From UHGV virus genome UHGV-0177318: a stretch of DNA of 47,797 nt, one strand, 5' to 3'. The position numbers and the translations under genes are program-made. This DNA comes from a virus. Below are positions 34,355 to 41,953 of the stretch, one piece after another (position 1 is the stretch's first letter; each line of letters opens with the position of its first letter). The notes below the pieces were generated by a model. It ran no database searches. It was not told the DNA's origin and worked only from the letters and a program-made list of their open reading frames with translations.

Positions 34355-34903
34355 GTGGGTATAGAACCTGAATGGAAAGTAGATAAGCAGCCAGCCTGGC
34401 TGGTGGCCGCAATCAAAAAAACGATCACCGAGCTGCCTGGCGGATATTCAGAAGCTGCTGAGTGGTTGGGTGTGACCGAGAACGCGCTGTTTAACCGGCT
34501 GCGTACCGATGGTGATCAGATCTTCCCGCTCGGTTGGGCGATGGTGCTTCAGCGTGCTGGTGGTTCAAACCACATCGCGAACGCTATTGCACGTCACTCG
34601 AACGGTGTTTTTGTGCCATTGGCTGATGTTGAAGAGATTGAGAACGGCGATATCAACCAGCGTCTCATGGAGTCAGTTGAGTGGATCGGCAGGCATTCGC
34701 AATACGTTCGTAAAGCTACCGCTGACGGCGTTATTGATGCTCAGGAACGCGCCCAGATCGAAGAGAACAGCTATCAGGTGATGGCTAAGTGGCAGGAACA
34801 TTTGACGCTGCTTTTCCGTGTGTTTTGCGCGCCGGAAAAGAGTGACGCCCGCGAGTGTGCAGCTCCGGGCGTCGTGGCAGACAAATCTTGTATGGAGAAG
34901 TAA
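34355..34903 (+). CDS. CII-like regulatory protein (CP76/YmfL-like family, tentative)
   Basis: GTG 34355 is preceded by GGGAGG with an 8-nt spacer, right after the cro stop. 182 aa. Family call from memory of YSEAAEWLGVTENALFNRL-type HTH proteins at this position. Confidence 0.5.
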   Translation: MGIEPEWKVDKQPAWLVAAIKKTITELPGGYSEAAEWLGVTENALFNRLRTDGDQIFPLGWAMVLQRAGGSNHIANAIARHSNGVFVPLADVEEIENGDINQRLMESVEWIGRHSQYVRKATADGVIDAQERAQIEENSYQVMAKWQEHLTLLFRVFCAPEKSDARECAAPGVVADKSCMEK

Positions 34904-34908
34904 TCCGC

Positions 34909-35235
34909 ATGACCAGTTTAACGGCTTTTAACCGTTTACCGCAACTGAGGATGATCCCGGTACCGGGCGCTCCGTTGTTTCGGTATGAACGCAGAATAGC
35001 AAACCGCTGGGTGCCATGTAACCACAGTCGGGCGGTCGCAATTGTGGGGGTTTACTACAGGAAGGCGAAACGCTTATGCGCGAAGTTAACCGAAGGTTCA
35101 AAGACCACAGAGGGATCCCCGTTCGGGTTATCCGGTGGGAGCCAGAGACTCAACGAGTTATCTACCTGCGGGATGGTTATAACCACGAATGTTTCAGCCC
35201 GCTCGAACAATTCAAGCGCAAGTTTACAGAGTTAA
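34909..35235 (+). CDS. Hypothetical protein (3' half doubtful)
   Basis: 108 aa from MTSLTAFNRL. The C-terminal half has odd composition and is overlapped by a better-looking 59-aa ORF in another frame. Confidence 0.3.
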   Translation: MTSLTAFNRLPQLRMIPVPGAPLFRYERRIANRWVPCNHSRAVAIVGVYYRKAKRLCAKLTEGSKTTEGSPFGLSGGSQRLNELSTCGMVITTNVSARSNNSSASLQS

Positions 35236-35255
35236 AGGACGACCATGAGCACTAA
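35076..35255 (+). CDS. DUF4222-like small protein (59 aa; absent from track)
   Basis: MREVNRRFKDHRGIPVRVIRWEPETQRVIYLRDGYNHECFSPLEQFKRKFTELKDDHEH. The pattern RDHRG.xVxV....xRVIxxRDGY.H.C....F...F recalls DUF4222 proteins found between cII and the replication genes. Its end overlaps the next gene's start. Confidence 0.5.
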   Translation: MREVNRRFKDHRGIPVRVIRWEPETQRVIYLRDGYNHECFSPLEQFKRKFTELKDDHEH

Positions 35256-36108
35256 ATTAACGGGTTACGTTTGGGACGCTTGTGCCGCTTCTGGCATGAA
35301 GCTGTCCAGCGTTGCCATCATGGCGCGTCTGGCAGACTTCAGCAGTGATGAAGGGGTTAGCTGGCCTTCCATCGCTACCATCGCGCGCCAGATTGGTGCC
35401 GGTGAGAGCACGGTTCGAACAGCCATATCTCAACTGGAAAAAGACGGGTGGTTAACCCGCCAGCAGCGCCGTAAAGGCAACCGCAATGCATCGAACGTTT
35501 ACCAGCTCAATGTTGCGAAATTACAGGCTGCTGCCTTTTCTCACCTGTCAGATTCTGACGCATCAAAATCTGATGCCTCAAAAACCGACGCGTCAAAATC
35601 TGAGGCATCAAAAAACGATGAAAAAGACGGTTTTCACCCGTCAGAATCTGGGGGGGATCCGTCAGTAAATACAACTACTGATCCATCAGATAAAAAACAT
35701 TCTTGTCCGGTTGCTGCGCAACCCGACCCTGTGGTGGTTATCACCGATCAGGCGAAGCAGGTTTTATCACATCTGAACAAGACCACCGGATCACGGTATC
35801 AGGTCTGCAAATCGTCCTTGGAAAACATCCGGGCTCGCCTGGCTGACGGGTTTACGCCCGATGAGCTGCTGTTGGTGGTGGATTACAGCGTCGAGAAGTG
35901 GGGCGAAGATCTGAAAATGGCCGAATATCTGCGCCCAACAACGTTGTTTTTGCCATCTAAATTCCCAGGTTACCTGCAATCCGCAAATAAGTGGAACGCA
36001 GCAGGACGCCCAGAACGACAGTACTGGGGCTCAATTCGTAAGCATGATCCGATGAAATTTGGTGGGCCAGATAAAGCCATCCCAGCTGGCTTCAGGGGAG
36101 CGAAATGA
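35245..36108 (+). CDS. Replication initiator-like protein (N-terminal wHTH + phage conserved C-terminal domain), O-analogue
   Basis: 287 aa. N-terminal HTH (WPSIATIARQIGAGESTVRTAISQLEKDGWL), a central acidic/Ser repeat encoded by iterons, and a C-terminal DQAKQVLSHLNKTTGSRY...FTPDELLLVVDY domain seen in phage replication proteins. It occupies the lambda O position. Confidence 0.7.
   Translation: MSTKLTGYVWDACAASGMKLSSVAIMARLADFSSDEGVSWPSIATIARQIGAGESTVRTAISQLEKDGWLTRQQRRKGNRNASNVYQLNVAKLQAAAFSHLSDSDASKSDASKTDASKSEASKNDEKDGFHPSESGGDPSVNTTTDPSDKKHSCPVAAQPDPVVVITDQAKQVLSHLNKTTGSRYQVCKSSLENIRARLADGFTPDELLLVVDYSVEKWGEDLKMAEYLRPTTLFLPSKFPGYLQSANKWNAAGRPERQYWGSIRKHDPMKFGGPDKAIPAGFRGAK
35557..35616 (+). 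repeat. Four tandem 15-bp iterons inside the replication gene (candidate ori)
   Basis: GACGCATCAAAATCT / GATGCCTCAAAAACC / GACGCGTCAAAATCT / GAGGCATCAAAAAAC, translated as (S)DASK x4. This is analogous to the ori-lambda iterons inside O. Confidence 0.65.
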
Positions 36109-37004
36109 TGAGCATGAATGCTGATAACAAATATTGCCGCGCGCTGGCTGAACTGCGCTCAAAGCCAGCGCATGAATTGAAAGAAGTTGGCGATCAGTGG
36201 CGCACTCCGGATTTGTTGTTTTGGGGCATCAATTCGATATTTGGGCCGATGGTTCTGGATCTGTTTGCAGACGATAGCAATACTAAATGCCCTGCATGGT
36301 ACACCGCCGAAGATAACGCGCTGACGCAGGACTGGTCAGAGCGTCTGGCAGAACTCGGTGGCGCCGCGTTTGCAAATCCGCCATATAGCCGTTCTCAGTA
36401 CCATGAAAAGCAGGCCATCACTGGCATGACCCACATCATGAATCACACAATGGCGATGCGTGATAAAGGTGGTCGTTACATATACCTCGTGAAGTCAGCC
36501 ACAAGTGAAACATGGTGGCCGGAAGATGCCGATCACATCATGTTTATTCGTGGTCGTATTGGGTTCGATCTTCCTATTTGGTTTGTTCCCGCTGACGAGA
36601 AGCAGCAACCCACCAGCGCATTTTTTGCCGGGGCAATCGCTGTCTTCGACAAAACCTGGCGTGGTGAAAGCTTCAGCTATATCAATCGCACCGAACTGGA
36701 AGAAAAAGGGCGTGCAGCATTGTCATTGGCTCAATTCGCCGCGGCAAAAATGGCCCTTTCGTCGGTGCCGGAAAAAGCAATGCCTACTCCCATTGCAACG
36801 GCTGATGCAGAGTCGCGCATCTGGCCGCTGGAGGTTGGTCTGGTATTCAATCAGGTCAAGGGGGCGGATTCTCTGGGCGTGAACCAACAGAACAAGTTGA
36901 AGGCCAACATCAACCAACTCTGGCTGGAGCGTGTGCCTACCAGCGAAATAATTAGCGTGGCCGGTGGTCTGGTTAGCAGCATGCAGGGGGCCGTCAATGC
37001 GTGA
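36105..37004 (+). CDS. Phage Dam-family N6-adenine DNA methyltransferase
   Basis: 299 aa. WRTPDLLF near the N-terminus and catalytic FANPPYS. Confidence 0.8.
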   Translation: MMSMNADNKYCRALAELRSKPAHELKEVGDQWRTPDLLFWGINSIFGPMVLDLFADDSNTKCPAWYTAEDNALTQDWSERLAELGGAAFANPPYSRSQYHEKQAITGMTHIMNHTMAMRDKGGRYIYLVKSATSETWWPEDADHIMFIRGRIGFDLPIWFVPADEKQQPTSAFFAGAIAVFDKTWRGESFSYINRTELEEKGRAALSLAQFAAAKMALSSVPEKAMPTPIATADAESRIWPLEVGLVFNQVKGADSLGVNQQNKLKANINQLWLERVPTSEIISVAGGLVSSMQGAVNA

Positions 37005-38934
37005 AATCATCGTTGATAACTTTGCCGGTGGTGGCGGCGCGAGTACCGGCATTGAACTGGCCATCGGGCGTAGCGTGGATATCGCTATCAACCACGACGA
37101 AAACGCTATTGCGATGCATAAGACGAATCACCCGGACACGCTGCATTATTGCGAGTCGGTGTTTGACGTTGACCCAAGCGCAGCCACCAGCGGTAAACCT
37201 GTCGGTCTGGCCTGGTTTAGCCCTGACTGTCGCCACTTTTCCAAAGCGAAGGGCGCTAAGCCGGTTAAGAAAGAGATTCGCGGGCTGGCGTGGATTGTCC
37301 TGCGCTGGGCGCTGGCAGTACGTCCCCGCGTCATGATGCTGGAGAACGTCGAAGAATTTAAGACATGGGGACCGCTGCTGGATGAAGAATTACGCCCGGA
37401 TCCTGAGCGTGCAGGTGAAACATTCGAGGCATTTGTCGGCATGTTGTCGACTGGTATCGCGGCGAATCACCCAGCACTGGCTGAGGTTTGTGAATTTCTT
37501 GCCATTGAGCCGCACGGCCAGCAGGCGCAACAGCTGATCGCCGGGCTTGGCTATGAGGTCGATTATCGTGAGCTGCGCGCTTGTGACTACGGCGCGCCGA
37601 CGATCAGAAAGCGTTTCTTCATGGTCATGCGCTGTGACGGCCGCAAGATTCATTGGCCTGAAGCGACTCATGGGGATCCAAAATCACTGGAAGTACAAAG
37701 CGGCAAGCTGGCGCCATGGCGTACCGCGGCGGAGTGCATTGACTGGAATATCCCGGCCCGGTCCATCTTCGACCGCAAAAAGCCGCTGGCGGAAAATACG
37801 CTCAAACGTATCGCACGCGGCATCCAGCGCTTTGTTATCGAAAGCGCATCACCTTTCATCGTGAAGTGTAACCACACCACGACGAAAGGAGGTTATGACT
37901 GTTTCCGCGGGCAATCGTTGTTAGAGCCATTGCAGACCATCACTAAAAAGCATGGCTACGCGCTGGCCGTACCGCATCTTACTAAATTCCGCACCGGGGC
38001 CACCGGGCAGCCAGTGACCGAGCCAGTTCCAACTGTCACCGCTGGTACGTCGGCGCGCCCGGGCGGGAATGGGCATGCGCTTGGCGTAGTTGAGGCCGCC
38101 CTGACACCGTTCCTGGCTGGCAATGGCGGCAGTGAGTACCAGGCAAAGCCGCGCCCACTGGATAAACCCGCTCATACAATCCTCAAGCAGTCCCGCGCGT
38201 GCGTGGTTGCGCCGGTCATCGCCCGCCAGTTTGGCGCCAGTGTTGGGCATAGGGCTGACGAACCTAGCGCAACGATTACTGCAGGTGGTGGCGGTAAGTC
38301 GCAGCTGGTAACTCCAACACTGATCCAGATGGGGTACGGCGAACGCCCAGGGCAAGAACCGCGTGTTCTTCAACTGAATAACCCGCTCGGCACGGTCACT
38401 GCTGGTGGTAATAAGTTTGCAACGGTGAGCGCGTTCCTGGCGAAGCACTATGGTGGGAATTACACGGGGCCGGGTGTTGGTATGGATGAGCCTGCCCACT
38501 CAGTCACTACTGTTGATCATCACGCGGTAGTTGCGTCGCACCTGGTGAAGCTGCGCGGAACCTGCCGCGACGGTCAGACCATGGATACACCTATGCCGAC
38601 GATTACCGCTGGTGGCCAGCATGTTGGTGAGGTCCGGACATTCCTCGAAACCTACTGCGGTGATAGCGAGGATGAATGGCTGGTGACGATCGAGGGGGTT
38701 AAGTACCAGATCGTCGATATCGGAATGCGCATGCTGCAACCGCATGAGCTTTATAAGGCACAGGGCTTCCCTGACGGCTACGTTATCGATCAGGACTATC
38801 GCGGCAATCGTTACGCCAAAGACAAGCAGGTAGCGCGCTGCGGTAACGCAGTACCGCCGCCGTTCGCTCGTGCGCTGGTAGAAGCAAATCTTCCTGAATT
38901 ATGTGCAAATCAAAAGGCGGGTGCAGCCGCCTGA
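36997..38934 (+). CDS. DNA cytosine-5 methyltransferase with a very long repeat-containing target-recognition region
   Basis: The internal start MREIIVDNFAGGGGAS (motif I) overlaps the upstream stop (ATGCGTGA). Motifs: SPDCRHFSKAKG (IV), ENVEEF (VI), APTIRKRFF (VIII), QGFPDGY...GNAVPPP (IX/X). 645 aa. Confidence 0.88.
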   Translation: MREIIVDNFAGGGGASTGIELAIGRSVDIAINHDENAIAMHKTNHPDTLHYCESVFDVDPSAATSGKPVGLAWFSPDCRHFSKAKGAKPVKKEIRGLAWIVLRWALAVRPRVMMLENVEEFKTWGPLLDEELRPDPERAGETFEAFVGMLSTGIAANHPALAEVCEFLAIEPHGQQAQQLIAGLGYEVDYRELRACDYGAPTIRKRFFMVMRCDGRKIHWPEATHGDPKSLEVQSGKLAPWRTAAECIDWNIPARSIFDRKKPLAENTLKRIARGIQRFVIESASPFIVKCNHTTTKGGYDCFRGQSLLEPLQTITKKHGYALAVPHLTKFRTGATGQPVTEPVPTVTAGTSARPGGNGHALGVVEAALTPFLAGNGGSEYQAKPRPLDKPAHTILKQSRACVVAPVIARQFGASVGHRADEPSATITAGGGGKSQLVTPTLIQMGYGERPGQEPRVLQLNNPLGTVTAGGNKFATVSAFLAKHYGGNYTGPGVGMDEPAHSVTTVDHHAVVASHLVKLRGTCRDGQTMDTPMPTITAGGQHVGEVRTFLETYCGDSEDEWLVTIEGVKYQIVDIGMRMLQPHELYKAQGFPDGYVIDQDYRGNRYAKDKQVARCGNAVPPPFARALVEANLPELCANQKAGAAA

Positions 38935-38948
38935 TATGGAGAAATAGC

Positions 38949-39641
38949 ATGAATCAGTTAACCGCAAAGGGTGTTGTGACAATGTCCAGCCGTGAAATTG
39001 CCAGGCTGGTGCAGAGCAAACATGGTGATGTGAAGCGCTCAGCTGAGCGCCTTGCATCTGCTGGTATTTTAACCGCGCCGTTGGCGCACACCCCCTACAC
39101 ACACCCGCAAAACGGGCAAACATACGAGGAGTATTGGTTCAACAAACGTGATTCTCTGGTGATCGTCGCCCGGCTGTCGCCAGAATTTACCGCCGCTGTT
39201 GTCGATCGCTGGCAAGAGCTGGAGAACAGTCAGGCCGTAAGTGTCCCGCAAACATTGCCGGAGGCATTACGTCTCGCCGCGGATCTGGCCGAGCAGAGAG
39301 AACAACTGGCCCAGCAGTTAGCCGCTGCCGCGCCGAAAGTTGAGTTTGTCGATCGGTATTGTACTGCTAAAGGCTCAATGTCTTTCCGCCAGGTGGCAAA
39401 GCTGTTGCAGGCCAAAGAGACCGATTTCCGCTTGTTCCTCATTGAGAGCGGCATTTTGTACCGGCTCAGTGGAGTGCTGACACCGCGGCACCAGCACATT
39501 GCTGCCGGGCGGTTTGAAGTGAAAACTGGTACCACGAGCGAAACAAACTACGCCTTTAGCCAGGCACGTTTTACACCCAAAGGCATCGAGTGGATCGGCG
39601 GCCTGTGGACGGCACACATCGCTAAGGGGCATGCCGCGTGA
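38949..39641 (+). CDS. Antirepressor (Rha N-terminal domain + KilAC/ANT C-terminal domain)
   Basis: 230 aa from MNQLTAKGVVTMSSREIARLVQSKHGDVKRS...VDRWQELE (Rha-type), plus C-terminal FVDRYCTAKGSMSFRQVAKLL (KilAC). SD GGAG. Confidence 0.8.
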   Translation: MNQLTAKGVVTMSSREIARLVQSKHGDVKRSAERLASAGILTAPLAHTPYTHPQNGQTYEEYWFNKRDSLVIVARLSPEFTAAVVDRWQELENSQAVSVPQTLPEALRLAADLAEQREQLAQQLAAAAPKVEFVDRYCTAKGSMSFRQVAKLLQAKETDFRLFLIESGILYRLSGVLTPRHQHIAAGRFEVKTGTTSETNYAFSQARFTPKGIEWIGGLWTAHIAKGHAA

Positions 39642-40699
39642 GAGGACTGTTTACAGCCGAGACTGTTCCGCGCCTTGGCCTGGTAGTGTTAAAGCCGGGC
39701 AGCGAACTGATGTCTCTGTTTCAACAGGGGCGTGTGCTGGTGGAGCCTCAGCCAAAAAGCATGGCTGGGCTTCCGTCGGGCCTCGTCCCTGATGCCAGGC
39801 AGCCGCTGGCAGAAGATAAGTCCCTCGAGGAATTCTTCACCGACGAGAGAGTAATCCGTGCTGCAGGCGGTTTGACCGCGTTGGAATCCTGGTTAGAACG
39901 TAACGTGAAGGAATGCCAGTACCCGCACACTGATTATCACCATCATGAGCTGGTAACGATGCGACATCCCCCTGGATCAATGTTGCTCTGTTGGCATTGC
40001 GATAACCAGCTGCGCGAGCAAACCACCGCGGCGCTGGCAGAACTGGCCCGGCGTAATCTCATTAACTGGCTGATCAGTTCCATCCTGTCTTCGCTTGGCT
40101 ACAACAACGAGCGTGAACTATCCCTCGGTGAATTGTGCTGGTGGGCTGTTTATTCAGGCATTGCTGATGCAATCACGGAAAGGATGGCCCAGCTTGCGCT
40201 TCGATTACCGGATGAGCCGTTTTTATCCGTATATCGAGAAAGTGACATTGTGCCGATGCCCCCGGCAAAAAGCATTTTGCAGAAGAAGGTCACCCCTGCG
40301 GTCACGGCTGCGAAATTAAATCATGGAGCAAATCAGGAAGTAGCATATGAACTGCCAAAGGTTCTGGCTCTGCATGCGGATCCTGAATCCCCTGAATCAT
40401 TCATGTTGCGCCCAAAACACCGCAGGTGGGTGAATGAGGAATATACCCGGTGGGTTAAAACCCAGCCCTGTGAAGCTTGCCGGCGGCCAGCGGATGATCC
40501 ACACCATGTCATTGGTCACGGCATGGGCGGTACCGCCACTAAAGCCCACGATTTGTTTGTGATCCCTCTGTGCAGAGAGTGTCATGACAAATTACATGCT
40601 GATGTTGCAGCGTTCGAGAAAAAGCACGGTACCCAGCTGGAGCTGCTATTCCGGTTTATGAATCGAGCGCTGGCGATCGGCGTAATAACAAAAGCGTAA
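39638..40699 (+). CDS. DUF968-family protein (YdfU-like)
   Basis: 353 aa with a GTG start overlapping the upstream stop. The C-terminal Cys/His cluster CEACRRPADDPHHV...PLCRECHDKLH is typical of DUF968. It is followed by Q, as in the Qin prophage (ydfU-quuQ). Confidence 0.65.
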   Translation: MRGLFTAETVPRLGLVVLKPGSELMSLFQQGRVLVEPQPKSMAGLPSGLVPDARQPLAEDKSLEEFFTDERVIRAAGGLTALESWLERNVKECQYPHTDYHHHELVTMRHPPGSMLLCWHCDNQLREQTTAALAELARRNLINWLISSILSSLGYNNERELSLGELCWWAVYSGIADAITERMAQLALRLPDEPFLSVYRESDIVPMPPAKSILQKKVTPAVTAAKLNHGANQEVAYELPKVLALHADPESPESFMLRPKHRRWVNEEYTRWVKTQPCEACRRPADDPHHVIGHGMGGTATKAHDLFVIPLCRECHDKLHADVAAFEKKHGTQLELLFRFMNRALAIGVITKA

Positions 40700-40720
40700 T
40701 TGTATGGAGCGCTGAGCATA

Positions 40721-41413
40721 ATGAATTTACAAGAACTGGAATATACGCGGATTGAACTGCGCCGTGCGCTGGCGGATTTATCAGGATCGACAAAAGGGCA
40801 GCTGCAGGCGTTCAGTGAGCATCCACCAGCAGATAAGAATAAATACCCCCGGCACCATCCTGAAATCGTCATGGAGGGTGGGGAAGGTTGTGGATCGAAG
40901 GTTGTAAAAACTCTGGCCACTCCGCTTTATGTTCTTGAGACAAGGAGCCGTCGCCGACCTTTACCGCCTATTAAGGATGCGGAGTTCGCTTGTTCAGCAT
41001 GGCGTCGTTCGGTCAATGGTCTGGGGGAGCATTTGCAGGCATGGGTGCGGTACTGCTATGGGCATGACCTTGCTTTCCGGTACCAGAGGTTAATGTGCCA
41101 GCACGTATGGGAAGAGTTCCAGCGTCAGCATAGCGGCAAAAAAATCCAGGACCGTGTCACTAAAAAACTGGTTGGGCTTGTCTGGCTGGCGGCGCAAGAA
41201 GTTGCTGCCTCGCGTAATAACGATACCTATCAGGAGTATGCTGGTGCAGCTCTGGCGCGCATGGTCAGCGTTGAGCGTTCCACCTGGCTTAGAGTGTATT
41301 CAGGCCACTGGGCGGCTTTCAAAGCGTCGTTTGCTGAAATGGACAGCCAGGCACTAAGCGAAATTTTGTCACGGTACGAAGGGTACCAAGAACTGAAAGT
41401 GGCGGAAATGTGA
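40721..41413 (+). CDS. Q: Late-gene antiterminator Q (QuuQ/phage-82-type family)
   Basis: 230 aa. It lies directly upstream of a promoter plus a short-leader terminator and the lysis genes. Size and DUF968 synteny match Qin quuQ. There is no sequence motif I can verify by eye. Confidence 0.65.
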   Translation: MNLQELEYTRIELRRALADLSGSTKGQLQAFSEHPPADKNKYPRHHPEIVMEGGEGCGSKVVKTLATPLYVLETRSRRRPLPPIKDAEFACSAWRRSVNGLGEHLQAWVRYCYGHDLAFRYQRLMCQHVWEEFQRQHSGKKIQDRVTKKLVGLVWLAAQEVAASRNNDTYQEYAGAALARMVSVERSTWLRVYSGHWAAFKASFAEMDSQALSEILSRYEGYQELKVAEM

Positions 41414-41443
41414 GATAACTTTCACTAACTCCCTCAATTGGGC

Positions 41444-41500
41444 TTGCAAAATGCAACAAAATGAGCCATATTTGAAGCTAATTTGATATTTTGTCATAAT
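41444..41500 (+). promoter_or_regulatory. Late promoter pR' region (two overlapping candidate promoters / pause element)
   Basis: TTGCAA-17-CATATT (41444..41472) and TTGAAG-17-CATAAT (41472..41500). The second -10-like hexamer could be the sigma-dependent pause signal of the first promoter. Confidence 0.55.
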
Positions 41501-41509
41501 TATATCTTA

Positions 41510-41532
41510 CCTCGCCTCGGCGGGGTTTTTTT
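41510..41532 (+). terminator. tR'-like intrinsic terminator just downstream of pR'
   Basis: CCTCGC-ctcg-GCGGGG (one G.U pair) followed by T7. Confidence 0.8.
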
Positions 41533-41611
41533 ATGCCTTTTGTATCTAAAGCTTGATGCAAAAATGAACCAGAGTTATCTGTGTGTCACACGATAAAAAA
41601 GGGGAAAAGGC

Positions 41612-41803
41612 ATGCAAAATCAACCTTATATGACAGAAGAAGCAAAGGCGGTTTTTAACGAACTCAGCGCTTCACCAGCGACAGCTGGGGAAATTGCACA
41701 GAATACGCACCTAAGCCGAGAGAAATGCCAGCTCATCCTGACGCAGCTGGTTATGGCGGGGTTATCAGATTACCAGTTTGGATGTTACAAACGCCTCCAC
41801 TGA
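41612..41803 (+). CDS. Small putative winged-helix DNA-binding protein
   Basis: 63 aa. TAGEIAQNTHLSREKCQLILTQLVMAGL looks like an HTH recognition region. SD-like GGGGAAAAGG lies upstream. Confidence 0.45.
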   Translation: MQNQPYMTEEAKAVFNELSASPATAGEIAQNTHLSREKCQLILTQLVMAGLSDYQFGCYKRLH

Positions 41804-41953
41804 AGGGGGCATTCTGCTGTGGAAATGGGCGGCTGGTGGGTGTTGTAGCACCCAACCAGCCATTAGCTCATGCTTTCAGGTCACAAGCTAACCAAGGCCC
41901 ACTGCTTTAGCGCAAAAGCATAGTGAGCCTATCAGAGTTACGCTTACGGATCT

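Noticed and set aside
35557-35616. Short tandem repeats considered as a CRISPR-like or minisatellite array.
   Set aside because: The units are 15 bp and contiguous with no spacers. They are in frame inside a replication gene, which matches origin iterons, not CRISPR. No CRISPR array exists anywhere in the window.
41831-41861. A strong hairpin (GGCTGGTGGGTG/CACCCAACCAGCC) between the 63-aa ORF and the MTase, considered as a tRNA or terminator. Lambdoid phages often carry tRNAs in the Q-S gap.
   Set aside because: There is no cloverleaf (a single long stem), no T-loop consensus and no U-tract. I kept it only as a note within the MTase finding.
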